NCBI GenBank assembly: GCA_934202735.1
Contig: CAKPYH010000002.1
Location: 42,945 to 106,944, forward strand
DNA: 64,000 nt
Direction: 5' to 3'
Origin: an uncultured Alphaproteobacteria bacterium
GTDB taxonomy: Bacteria > Pseudomonadota > Alphaproteobacteria > CAAHEQ01 > UBA3637
The notes beneath the pieces were generated by a model. It saw nothing but the letters and a program-made list of their open reading frames with translations. It did no database searches and had not been told where the DNA came from. Both the position numbers and the translations under genes were made by a program. Below are positions 39,296-48,223 of the stretch, piece by piece. Every line of letters begins with the position of its first letter. The stretch's first letter is position 1.

Positions 39296-39367
39296 GAGTC
39301 TGCCGCATTCGACCACTCTGCCACCTTTCCATATACACTCTCAATCTGTTATTCGGTCTTGCCGTTG
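39296..39367. repeat. Direct repeat unit 2: pseudo-tRNA-Ser 5' half plus promoter region
   Basis: Identity begins exactly at the CTC|GAAA position of the anticodon loop; separated from unit 1 by 78-bp GC-rich spacer. Confidence 0.75.
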
Positions 39368-39476
39368 AGAGAAATTCCTAACAGGACTTCCTATCTTATA
39401 ACCTAATTTTGAAAAAAAAGCAACATGAAAGCGATTTTTTTGTGTCTTTTTTTTTATTTTTGGAGTATTCTTATTT

Positions 39477-41543
39477 ATGGAAAGGAAAAATATGATGCAC
39501 ATACCGGTTCTTTATTATTTGAAAAGATACAAAAATTGGGTCGCAGCCGCCTGTATTTTCACGATTGCCTTCTTTACGGCTATGATGATCAGTTATGAAT
39601 GGTGCTTGCGTGTGTCGTTCAAGGATACACCGTTGATCGCGTTTATTTACGAATCAATATACCATTCTTTATTCTTGTACGGCACGATTATTACCCTGTC
39701 AATTTTATTGATTTGTATGGTACGATTACTTGGGTTCTTTCGTAAAAGAGATATTGAAATCCTGCTGGAAAAAACGACACGGGATTTACGTCAGGAAAAT
39801 ACCGCATTATCACATCAAATTCAAGGGACATACGCCGTCTTGAATAAAATTCCGAACGGTATTGTGATTACTCAAGGGGGAAAAGTACGTTTGTGTAATA
39901 TGGCGATGAATGCTTTTTTCAAAGGAAAACCGCAGAATGCTATCGGGCAAGATCCGGCCGCCTTATTCCCTGTTCCGGAAGAATTAAAGAAGATATTTGA
40001 AAAGGGGCGCGGCTACTTTGAGAAACGTTCTAATTTTTCCTTGCAATGTCCTTTAACTCGCCGAGATGGTGAACGTGTTTTATATCAGATTTCAGCGTTT
40101 CCTCTCACACAAAAAGAATCCCGTCCCGAGATTGTGTGGTTTTTTCAGGATTTTTCGGCCGAAGCATGGAATATAGAACTGGAAAAATACTATCAGACCG
40201 TTTTTCGGGTTTTAAGTGTACTGCACCATTTTAATGACGGCGAGGATGAATATACTTTGTTGCGTCAAATGTTGAATGAAATTATCGGGATTTATGGCTT
40301 GAAAACTGGGTTTTTCCTGACATATCAGGATAAACATCTGCATATCAATTTTGCTGTCGGTGATGATTTAGATTTCCCGAATGTGGTACACGATATTGAT
40401 TTGGAGGATAAACGATACCAAAACATCGCGATTGTACGGGCCTTTATGACGCAACGTGCCGTAGGGTTCAGCAATATTCAGGATATATCTTATTACAAAA
40501 CGTCTTTCGGACGTAAAGGGAAAAAGATGGTTTTATCTACCTACGCTTTTCCGATTATCATAGAAGGCAAAGTAGAAGGTGTTGTGAGCCTGTATGGCTA
40601 TAAAATCGGCTTTTTCTCGGACAGCTTGATTTTCCGGTTGCAACAGTTGTTATCCGAAATATGTGAAAATATCGGTGCGATACGGTTGCGGAGACGGACG
40701 CAATTGGCCATTCATCAGTATGAAGAACGCTTACGCTTGCAAATACATGAATTGGAAGACAATAAAAAGACCATGCAGGAACAGGCTATCGTTTTAACCG
40801 AAGCACGGGCGGCGGCGGAAAATGCTAATAAGACAAAATCGGAGTTTATTGCAAATATGAGCCATGAATTACGTACACCGTTGAATGCGATTTTGGGTTT
40901 TTCCGAAGCCATGTCCTGTGAAACATTTGGCCCGATACCGGAACAATACAAGGAATATGTACAATATGTACATTCCAGCGGACAGTATTTGTTATCTCTG
41001 ATCAATGATATTTTGGATTTATCCAGTATTGAGGGCGGACATCCCAAGTTGCACGATTCGGATATTGATGTGAAGCCCTTGACAGATAATGTTATGGAAG
41101 TGGTACGACATTATCCGGGTGGTTCGGAACGACAGATTACCTGTACCGTTCGTCCCGTGGGATTGCATTTATTTATGGATGAACGATCCTTGAAACAAAT
41201 CCTGTTAAACATCTTGTCTAACGCTATCAAGTTCACGAATGATAAGGGGAAAATTGATATGGATATTCGCTTGACTCGGAACGGGCAAGTTCAAATCCGT
41301 GTTAAAGATGATGGTATCGGTATTCCCAAAGATAAAATGCAGTCTTTATTTCAACCGTTCAGTCAGATTGAAAACGTGATGACACGTCGTCACCAAGGAA
41401 CCGGTTTGGGGTTAGTGTTGATTAAACGGTTGACCGAACTGCAACAAGGAACCATTACCCTGGATAGTCAGTACGGTAAAGGCACAACCATCACTTTGCT
41501 TTTCCCGAAAGAACGTGTTTTAGCCCCGATAAAGGAGAAATAA
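39477..41543 (+). CDS. Membrane sensor histidine kinase (PAS/GAF-like sensor + HisKA + HATPase_c)
   Basis: H-box NMSHELRTPLNAILGF, N/G boxes (GTGLGLVLIKRL); 2 N-terminal TM helices. Confidence 0.8.
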   Translation: MERKNMMHIPVLYYLKRYKNWVAAACIFTIAFFTAMMISYEWCLRVSFKDTPLIAFIYESIYHSLFLYGTIITLSILLICMVRLLGFFRKRDIEILLEKTTRDLRQENTALSHQIQGTYAVLNKIPNGIVITQGGKVRLCNMAMNAFFKGKPQNAIGQDPAALFPVPEELKKIFEKGRGYFEKRSNFSLQCPLTRRDGERVLYQISAFPLTQKESRPEIVWFFQDFSAEAWNIELEKYYQTVFRVLSVLHHFNDGEDEYTLLRQMLNEIIGIYGLKTGFFLTYQDKHLHINFAVGDDLDFPNVVHDIDLEDKRYQNIAIVRAFMTQRAVGFSNIQDISYYKTSFGRKGKKMVLSTYAFPIIIEGKVEGVVSLYGYKIGFFSDSLIFRLQQLLSEICENIGAIRLRRRTQLAIHQYEERLRLQIHELEDNKKTMQEQAIVLTEARAAAENANKTKSEFIANMSHELRTPLNAILGFSEAMSCETFGPIPEQYKEYVQYVHSSGQYLLSLINDILDLSSIEGGHPKLHDSDIDVKPLTDNVMEVVRHYPGGSERQITCTVRPVGLHLFMDERSLKQILLNILSNAIKFTNDKGKIDMDIRLTRNGQVQIRVKDDGIGIPKDKMQSLFQPFSQIENVMTRRHQGTGLGLVLIKRLTELQQGTITLDSQYGKGTTITLLFPKERVLAPIKEK

Positions 41544-41546
41544 AAA

Positions 41547-42527
41547 ATGAAAATATCCTTGAAAATCATCTGTATGTGTTTGATGGGAATCATGATGACT
41601 TACGGCGTTCATGCTCAATCCAGTCGGTATATTGAACAACAAAAAAGAGAAGTCAAACACGTTGCGGAAAAAAGGAAGATTTGTAATATTACATATCCCA
41701 TTAGGATTGCGACATCGGCCACAAATCCGCCATTCGGTTGGACGGAAGCCGAGTGGGATAAAATGAAGCAAAAAGATAAATATCTTGCCAAAGGATATAA
41801 CATTGATTTGTTGTCTGATTTATTTAAGTCGTTAGATGTGTGGGCATCTCCCGTTGCTTTTACCAATGATACGGATGCATTGAATGGTTTGGAAAACGGG
41901 CGTGTAGATGTATTTATCGGGGCGTATTACGATCCTCGGTATCGGAAAATGGGATATACATATATTATTCCGTCCTATTTTCAAAATGTGGCTGCGCTTA
42001 TTTTTCTGAAAGGTAAAGAAAAAGAGTTCACGTCATTTCAGGATCTGAAAGGATTAAAAGGCGTAGTCCGTTCTGATGAACTGTTTTATACTTATGTCCG
42101 TCCTTCTTTACCCTCGGATGTATACATTGAGGAAGTTCCGTCTTCCCGGGAAGCCTTTACACGCCTGATCAACGGTCGGGCAGATTATATATTAGGGTCG
42201 CCTTACTCGGCTGAAGCGGAAGCCAGGCGATTTAAATTGAATACAAAGATTACAATGGTCAAAACGCCTTTGCCGGCCCAAGAAATGTTTATCGTGTTCG
42301 GTAAAAATGCACCATGCCGGGCGGCTATCCCCGAACTGGTCAAAAAAATGAAAGAACATCAGAAGCATAAAGTGGAAGAAACACAAAAGTTGATTTCTTA
42401 TATCAATACCTGGGGGCAGCGTTTCAAAAACGAACCGGGCTTGGAAATCCCGAATACTCCGGCCGATAATCCCGATACGCAACACAATATACCCGAACAG
42501 AAAGAAGAAACAAAGATAACGAAATGA
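41547..42527 (+). CDS. Periplasmic solute-binding protein (family 3, amino-acid-type)
   Basis: Signal peptide; SBP_bac_3-like pattern; 3 bp after kinase gene; 3' end overlaps queA. Confidence 0.6.
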   Translation: MKISLKIICMCLMGIMMTYGVHAQSSRYIEQQKREVKHVAEKRKICNITYPIRIATSATNPPFGWTEAEWDKMKQKDKYLAKGYNIDLLSDLFKSLDVWASPVAFTNDTDALNGLENGRVDVFIGAYYDPRYRKMGYTYIIPSYFQNVAALIFLKGKEKEFTSFQDLKGLKGVVRSDELFYTYVRPSLPSDVYIEEVPSSREAFTRLINGRADYILGSPYSAEAEARRFKLNTKITMVKTPLPAQEMFIVFGKNAPCRAAIPELVKKMKEHQKHKVEETQKLISYINTWGQRFKNEPGLEIPNTPADNPDTQHNIPEQKEETKITK

Positions 42528-43567
42528 AAACAGATATTTTTAAGTTTGACCTACCCGAAGAACTGATTGCAAACTATCCCGCAGAACCGCGTGATTCGGC
42601 CCGGTTGCTGCATATTTTATCCGATGGGACAACAACAGATCACATTGTGGCGGATTTGCCGGATTTGTTGCGTCCCGATGATGTCTTGATTTTCAATGAT
42701 ACCAAAGTCATACCGGCGCGCCTGTACGGTACACGCGGTCAGGCCCGTATAGAATTAACGTTGTTCAAGCAAGAAAATTTGACCGATTGGGTGGTCTTGG
42801 CTAAAAATGCTCGTCGCTTAAAACCGAATGACATATTGACTTTTACACCTGATTTTTCAGCCACCGTATTGGGCAAAAATCCTGATGGATCAGTTGTGAT
42901 CCGTTTCAATGTCGGGGGCGGGCGATTGATGGAAATGTTGCATACGGTAGGGACCATGCCCTTGCCGCCGTACATTAAACGCTTACGGGGCGGATTGGAT
43001 TCGGACAAAGCCGATTATCAGACCATTTATGCGCGGCATGAAGGGGCCGTGGCTGCTCCGACGGCAGGTTTGCATTTTACGGATAACCTGTTTCGTGATT
43101 TGGATGCACGGGGTATTGAACGTTTGTTTTTAACCTTGCATGTCGGAGGCGGGACCTTTTTACCGGTCAAAGTGGATGACACGGATCAGCATAAAATGCA
43201 TGCTGAATTTGGTGTTTTAACGCCTGAGGTTGCCGATAGAATCAATACAGCCAAACGGGCAGGGCGGCGAATCGTAACCGTTGGTACCACATCTTTGCGG
43301 CTATTGGAATCGGCCACGGATGAAAACGGTGTTGTTCACCCGTTTGAAGGAGAAACGCGTATTTTTATTACGCCGGGATATCGCTTTCGGGCAACGGATG
43401 TCATGTTTACCAACTTTCATTTGTCGGAATCTACTTTGTTTATGTTGGTGTGTGCTTTTGCCGGTATTGATGTGATGAAACAAGCCTATATACAGGCCAT
43501 AAACAAGCAGTATCGTTTTTTTTCATACGGTGATGCGTGCCTGATTGAAAAGCCGGTTTTACGTTGA
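42524..43567 (+). CDS. queA: S-adenosylmethionine:tRNA ribosyltransferase-isomerase
   Basis: MKTDIFKFDLPEELIANYPAEPRDSARLL N-terminus; MPLPPYIKR. Confidence 0.9.
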   Translation: MKTDIFKFDLPEELIANYPAEPRDSARLLHILSDGTTTDHIVADLPDLLRPDDVLIFNDTKVIPARLYGTRGQARIELTLFKQENLTDWVVLAKNARRLKPNDILTFTPDFSATVLGKNPDGSVVIRFNVGGGRLMEMLHTVGTMPLPPYIKRLRGGLDSDKADYQTIYARHEGAVAAPTAGLHFTDNLFRDLDARGIERLFLTLHVGGGTFLPVKVDDTDQHKMHAEFGVLTPEVADRINTAKRAGRRIVTVGTTSLRLLESATDENGVVHPFEGETRIFITPGYRFRATDVMFTNFHLSESTLFMLVCAFAGIDVMKQAYIQAINKQYRFFSYGDACLIEKPVLR

Positions 43568-43655
43568 CTTGCTTTTTACGATGTTATAACCGATTTTTAC
43601 TTGACTTTTATATGAAAATCAGTCATGCTGTACCGCATAAGCAAAAGGAGAAAGT

Positions 43656-43943
43656 ATGAGTTTTAACGCACAAACCATTAAAACGATCGCCAACTTGGCA
43701 CGTTTGCGTTTTCCAAAAGAAGACGAAGAAAAATTCATGAAAGATATTGACAGTATCTTGGCATGGGTAGAAGAATTAAAAGAAGTGGATGTTTCGGGGG
43801 TTGAACCTTTGGTATCCGTGACACCCCGGACGGATGCCGTCAGGACCGATGAAGTGTCCGATGGAAATTTGCAAACCGAGTTGATGGCCAATGCCCCTGA
43901 ATCGGTACAAGGTTTTTATGAAGTCCCGCGTATGGTGGAGTAA
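43656..43943 (+). CDS. gatC: Glu/Asp-tRNA amidotransferase subunit C
   Basis: 95 aa; IKTIANLARLRFPKEDEEKF. Confidence 0.85.
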   Translation: MSFNAQTIKTIANLARLRFPKEDEEKFMKDIDSILAWVEELKEVDVSGVEPLVSVTPRTDAVRTDEVSDGNLQTELMANAPESVQGFYEVPRMVE

Positions 43944-43946
43944 AAC

Positions 43947-45428
43947 ATGACTGACTTATTGAATTTGCATATTTCTGAAGCATTAAATTTGTTAAACAAG
44001 AAAGAAATTTCTTCCGTTGAATTAACGCAGGCTCACTTGGCCGAGATGGAACGGGCTCGTTTCCTGAATGCTTATATTACCGAAACACCGGAACGGGCTT
44101 TGGCGGATGCGGCTGCCTCGGATAAACGCCGGGCAAACGGTGAAACGATGGGGGCTTTGGACGGTATTCCTATTGCTAACAAAGATTTGTATTGTACGCG
44201 GGGAATTAAAACAACGGCGGCCTCTAAAATCTTGTCCCGATTTGTACCTCCTTATGAATCGACCGTCTCACAGAAACTGAAAGATGCCGGGACCGTGATG
44301 TTGGGTAAAGTCAATACGGATCAATTTGCCATGGGTGGGTCTACGGTGACCAGTTATTTCGGTGTTACCAAAAACCCCTGGACCGATGAAAACGGCGAAT
44401 ACAGTTTGATTCCCGGGGGATCATCCGGCGGGTCTGCGGCCGCGGTGGCGGCGGGCCTGTGTATGGGGGCAACGGGTTCGGATACGGGCGGTTCTATTCG
44501 TCAGCCGGCTTCATTTTGCGGAATTACGGGAATTAAACCAACGTATGGACGATGCTCACGCTATGGTATTGTGGCTTTTGCGTCATCGCTGGATCAGGCG
44601 GGGCCAATGGCACGTTCCGTTAAAGATTGTGCATTGTTATTGGGTCAAATGGCCGGTTCCGATGCATACGATTCCACTGTTGCGGAATTGCCTGTTCCGG
44701 ATTATACGATCGGGTTGACCGGTGATATTCGGGGTAAGAAAATCGGTATTCCCAAAGAATATCGCCCCGGGGGATTAAATGCAGAAGTGGCAGCCGTTTG
44801 GGATAAAGGCATTCAGTACTTGAAAGATGCCGGTGCAGAAGTTGTGGAAATTTCCTTACCGCATACAAAGTACGCTTTGCCGGTGTATTACATTATTGCC
44901 TGTGCCGAAGCCAGTTCTAATTTGTCGCGCTATGACGGTGTGCGTTATACGACACGGGTGGATGGTAAGACTTTGGACGAAATGTACGAAAACACCCGGA
45001 CGGACGGTTTCGGTTCGGAAGTTATCCGGCGTATTTTGTTGGGTACTTTTGTATTATCGGCCGGTTTCTATGATGCGTATTATACGCGGGCACAACGGGT
45101 TCGTCGTTTGATTTACAATGACTTCATTAATGCTTTTAACTCCGTTGATGCCATTGTGGTTCCGGCGGCACCGACACCGGCTTTGTCTTATCAGGCATTT
45201 AAGAATATGAGTCCTGTTGATACTTACTTGGGTGATGTCTTTACAACGCCGGCTTCTTTGGCGGGTGTTCCGGGATTGTCCCTGCCGATCGGATTGTCGG
45301 ATAAAGGTCTGCCGATTGGATTGCAAGTAATTGGCAAACATTTTGATGAACCGACTGTGTTTCAGGTTGCAACGGCTTTGGAACAAGCGGCCGGGTTTGA
45401 TTTAATACCGCATCGGGTGAAAGGATAA
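43947..45428 (+). CDS. gatA: Glu/Asp-tRNA amidotransferase subunit A
   Basis: Amidase signature [14 protein letters not shown]. Confidence 0.9.
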   Translation: MTDLLNLHISEALNLLNKKEISSVELTQAHLAEMERARFLNAYITETPERALADAAASDKRRANGETMGALDGIPIANKDLYCTRGIKTTAASKILSRFVPPYESTVSQKLKDAGTVMLGKVNTDQFAMGGSTVTSYFGVTKNPWTDENGEYSLIPGGSSGGSAAAVAAGLCMGATGSDTGGSIRQPASFCGITGIKPTYGRCSRYGIVAFASSLDQAGPMARSVKDCALLLGQMAGSDAYDSTVAELPVPDYTIGLTGDIRGKKIGIPKEYRPGGLNAEVAAVWDKGIQYLKDAGAEVVEISLPHTKYALPVYYIIACAEASSNLSRYDGVRYTTRVDGKTLDEMYENTRTDGFGSEVIRRILLGTFVLSAGFYDAYYTRAQRVRRLIYNDFINAFNSVDAIVVPAAPTPALSYQAFKNMSPVDTYLGDVFTTPASLAGVPGLSLPIGLSDKGLPIGLQVIGKHFDEPTVFQVATALEQAAGFDLIPHRVKG

Positions 45429-45430
45429 AT

Positions 45431-46885
45431 ATGTATACTATTCAAGGAAAAACAGGGGCTTGGGAACTGGTTATCGGATTGGAAGTCCATTGTGAGATTT
45501 TATCTCAATCCAAGGTCTTTTCAGGGGCATCGGCCAAGTTCGGTGCCGAACAAAATACACAAGTTTCCTTTATTGATGCCGGGTTTCCGGGTATGTTGCC
45601 CAAGGTAAACGCCAAGTGTATTGAACAGTGTGTCAAGACGGGTTTCGGCCTGAATGCCAAAATCAACAAATTTTCACGCTTTGATCGTAAAAATTACTTT
45701 TATGCCGATTTACCCCAGGGGTATCAGATTTCACAACTGTATTACCCGATTGTCGGTGAAGGGTTTATTGAAGTAACCACCGATGAAGGGACCCGAAAAA
45801 TCGGTGTGGAACGGTTGCATTTGGAACAAGATGCCGGCAAGTCCATTCATGATATGGTGCCGGGCAAAAGTTTGATTGACTTGAATCGCAGTGGTGTAGG
45901 CCTGATGGAAATTGTGTCCAAGCCGGATATGCATTCACCGGCGGAAGCGGGGGAATATCTGCGCAATTTGCGTGCGATTGTACGGGCTCTCGGAACGTGT
46001 GACGGCAACATGGACGAAGGCTCTATGCGGTGTGATGTGAACGTATCGGTACGTCCGGTGGGTGAAACGGGACTGCGTCCGCGGGCAGAAGTTAAAAATG
46101 TGAACTCGGTGCGTTTTGTCATGCAAGCCATTGAAATTGAAGCACAACGTCAGATTGATATTTATGAAAACGGTGGCCAATGTCGTCAGGAAACCCGTTT
46201 GTTTGATTCGGTGAACCTGGAAACACGCCCGATGCGTAGTAAAGAAAATGCAAATGATTATCGCTATTTCCCCGATCCGGACTTATTACCGGTGATTTTA
46301 ACGGACGACTACATTGAAAATATCCGCAAAAATCTGCCTGAATTACCGGACGCCAAAAAGAAACGGTATGTGGAACAACTGGGGTTGACACCCTATGACG
46401 CGTCTGTTTTGACGGCCGATGTGGAAACGGCGGCCTATTTTGAAACCGCTATTCAAGGACAAGATGCCAAAAAAGTTGCTAACTGGGTGATGGGTGATTT
46501 GTTTGCTTACCTGAACAAATCGGCCAAAACCATTACGGACAGTCCGATTAAGGCTCAGGATTTAGGGGCTTTGGTCGGATTGATTGCCGATGGGACCATT
46601 TCCGGGAAAATTGCCAAAGAAGTTTTTGAACTGATGACGCAAACGGGTAAGGCTCCCGCCGTGATTGTGGAAGAAAAAGGGCTGAAACAAACCACGGATA
46701 CCGGTGCGATTGAAGCCATTATTGCCGATGTTTTGGCGGCCAATATGGACAAAGTGGCCGAAATTAAAGCCGGTAAAGATAAACTGAAAGGCTGGTTTGT
46801 GGGGCAGATTATGAAGGCCAGTCATGGCAAAGTCAATCCGGCATTGGCCAATCAGTTGTTGGATAAAAAATTGAGTGAAGTGTGA
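45431..46885 (+). CDS. gatB: Glu/Asp-tRNA amidotransferase subunit B
   Basis: 484 aa; GatB N-terminal catalytic and C-terminal YqeY-like domain. Confidence 0.9.
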   Translation: MYTIQGKTGAWELVIGLEVHCEILSQSKVFSGASAKFGAEQNTQVSFIDAGFPGMLPKVNAKCIEQCVKTGFGLNAKINKFSRFDRKNYFYADLPQGYQISQLYYPIVGEGFIEVTTDEGTRKIGVERLHLEQDAGKSIHDMVPGKSLIDLNRSGVGLMEIVSKPDMHSPAEAGEYLRNLRAIVRALGTCDGNMDEGSMRCDVNVSVRPVGETGLRPRAEVKNVNSVRFVMQAIEIEAQRQIDIYENGGQCRQETRLFDSVNLETRPMRSKENANDYRYFPDPDLLPVILTDDYIENIRKNLPELPDAKKKRYVEQLGLTPYDASVLTADVETAAYFETAIQGQDAKKVANWVMGDLFAYLNKSAKTITDSPIKAQDLGALVGLIADGTISGKIAKEVFELMTQTGKAPAVIVEEKGLKQTTDTGAIEAIIADVLAANMDKVAEIKAGKDKLKGWFVGQIMKASHGKVNPALANQLLDKKLSEV

Positions 46886-47688
46886 TGTATCAAAGCAATC
46901 ATTCGGATCGGATACGGGCATATACAACCCTTGCCGGAGTGTGTCCCCGTGCCGATTTGGTTCCGCCTAAGCGTCGGGCTGAGTTTCAACAACGTGTTCA
47001 ACGTATTTTGAATCATTCTCATACATTGCCCGACTCTTTGAAACATCGCCTGGCAATAGAAAGTTTTTCTCGTGTTTTGTTGAGCTTGCAGGGATGTGTT
47101 TCTTTGGTAGCGTCCTGTTTGGGAATACGTCTGGGGTCGGATATCGCAAATATAATGTTGCCACATGCAGCGGCATTGGGACGCAAAACGATGGTTGCTC
47201 ATTTGATCAAAGTCTGGAATGCTGATGTCAATTACCAAAACAGCAACGGTGATACGGCTCTGCATTTGGCCATTAAACGGAAACGGTTTGCGGTGGCCGA
47301 TATGCTTTTACGGTCCGGGGCTAAGTTATACCCGAATAAGGCAGGGGTAAGCCCACTGGGGCTGGCATGTATGCGTGATATGGCTTTGGCTGTTCCGGTC
47401 TTCAAAAATAACGGAGTTGATCTGAATCGACCCGAAAAAATACGCTACTGGAATCGTTTTTACTTGGGGTGGCATACCAATTATATTTATCCGATTTCGT
47501 ATGCACTGTGTAAAGATAAACCCAAGGTCCTACGGGCATTATTGAAAGCCGGTGCCAAGATAGATGTGCCTTTGGTTAGAAAGAAGACGCTGACCTGGCG
47601 TGAGGTGGTGAAGCAGCGACCTGACGCCATTGGGCCGCGATGTTTGCCCATTATGATACGTGCAATCCGGACGCATACACATGCTTAG
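46885..47688 (+). CDS. Ankyrin-repeat-containing protein, translationally coupled to gatB
   Basis: ATG overlaps gatB TGA (TGATG); NGDTALHLAIKRKRFAVADMLLRSGAKL ankyrin repeats. Confidence 0.6.
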   Translation: MYQSNHSDRIRAYTTLAGVCPRADLVPPKRRAEFQQRVQRILNHSHTLPDSLKHRLAIESFSRVLLSLQGCVSLVASCLGIRLGSDIANIMLPHAAALGRKTMVAHLIKVWNADVNYQNSNGDTALHLAIKRKRFAVADMLLRSGAKLYPNKAGVSPLGLACMRDMALAVPVFKNNGVDLNRPEKIRYWNRFYLGWHTNYIYPISYALCKDKPKVLRALLKAGAKIDVPLVRKKTLTWREVVKQRPDAIGPRCLPIMIRAIRTHTHA

Positions 47689-47802
47689 GACCTGGCGGTA
47701 TCTCATACAAAGTCGCCCGCAAATTGGATAGTTCTCGGGCGGTTTGTGTGTAGAAACTATTTTTTTTCTATATCCTGTCATTGGCGGGCATTTTTTTATA
47801 TT

Positions 47803-47900
47803 GTCATCTTCGGGCTTGACCCGGAGATCCAGGGGAGAGAAGTCAATATATTATAAGGATTTCAGTGCCCAATGGATTCCCATTTTCATGGGAATGACAG
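47803..47900. repeat. MITE/PATE-like palindromic element A (TGTCAT...ATGACA ends)
   Basis: tgtcatcttcgggcttgacccggagatccagg...ggattcccattttcatgggaatgacagg; internal hairpins. Confidence 0.55.
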
Positions 47901-47915
47901 GACAGGGGTAAAACT

Positions 47916-47998
47916 TGTCATCTTCGGGCTTGACCCGGAGATCCAGGAAACATAAGGACTTCATTTATCCTGGATTTCCGCTTTCGCGTGAATGACAA
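47916..47998. repeat. MITE/PATE-like palindromic element B, tandem to A
   Basis: Same 5' 32 bp as element A; 3' end cctggatttccgctttcgcgtgaatgacaaa. Confidence 0.55.
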
Positions 47999-48223
47999 AA
48001 TATAGATGTTTCCAACATTTTGAATTATGCGCTGCGCTTACCCGCTCACTGCGTTCTGGCCGGTTGTTTTTGATATAATATATTGAAATAAATGATTTTA
48101 TTTGTTCTTTTACTCGGTTTTCTGGTCCTTTGAAAATACCTGAATTTGGGTATTGCAAAAAACCATGGTTTATGGTACACTCCGGGCCAAAGAAGAAATA
48201 CGTTCAAGAAAGGGACAGCCAAA

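Noticed and set aside
39089-39406. 105-aa plus-strand ORF
   Set aside because: It spans the tRNA-Ser gene and its duplicated 5' half. The repeated peptide (SAAFDHSATFPY...) is just the translated tRNA repeat.
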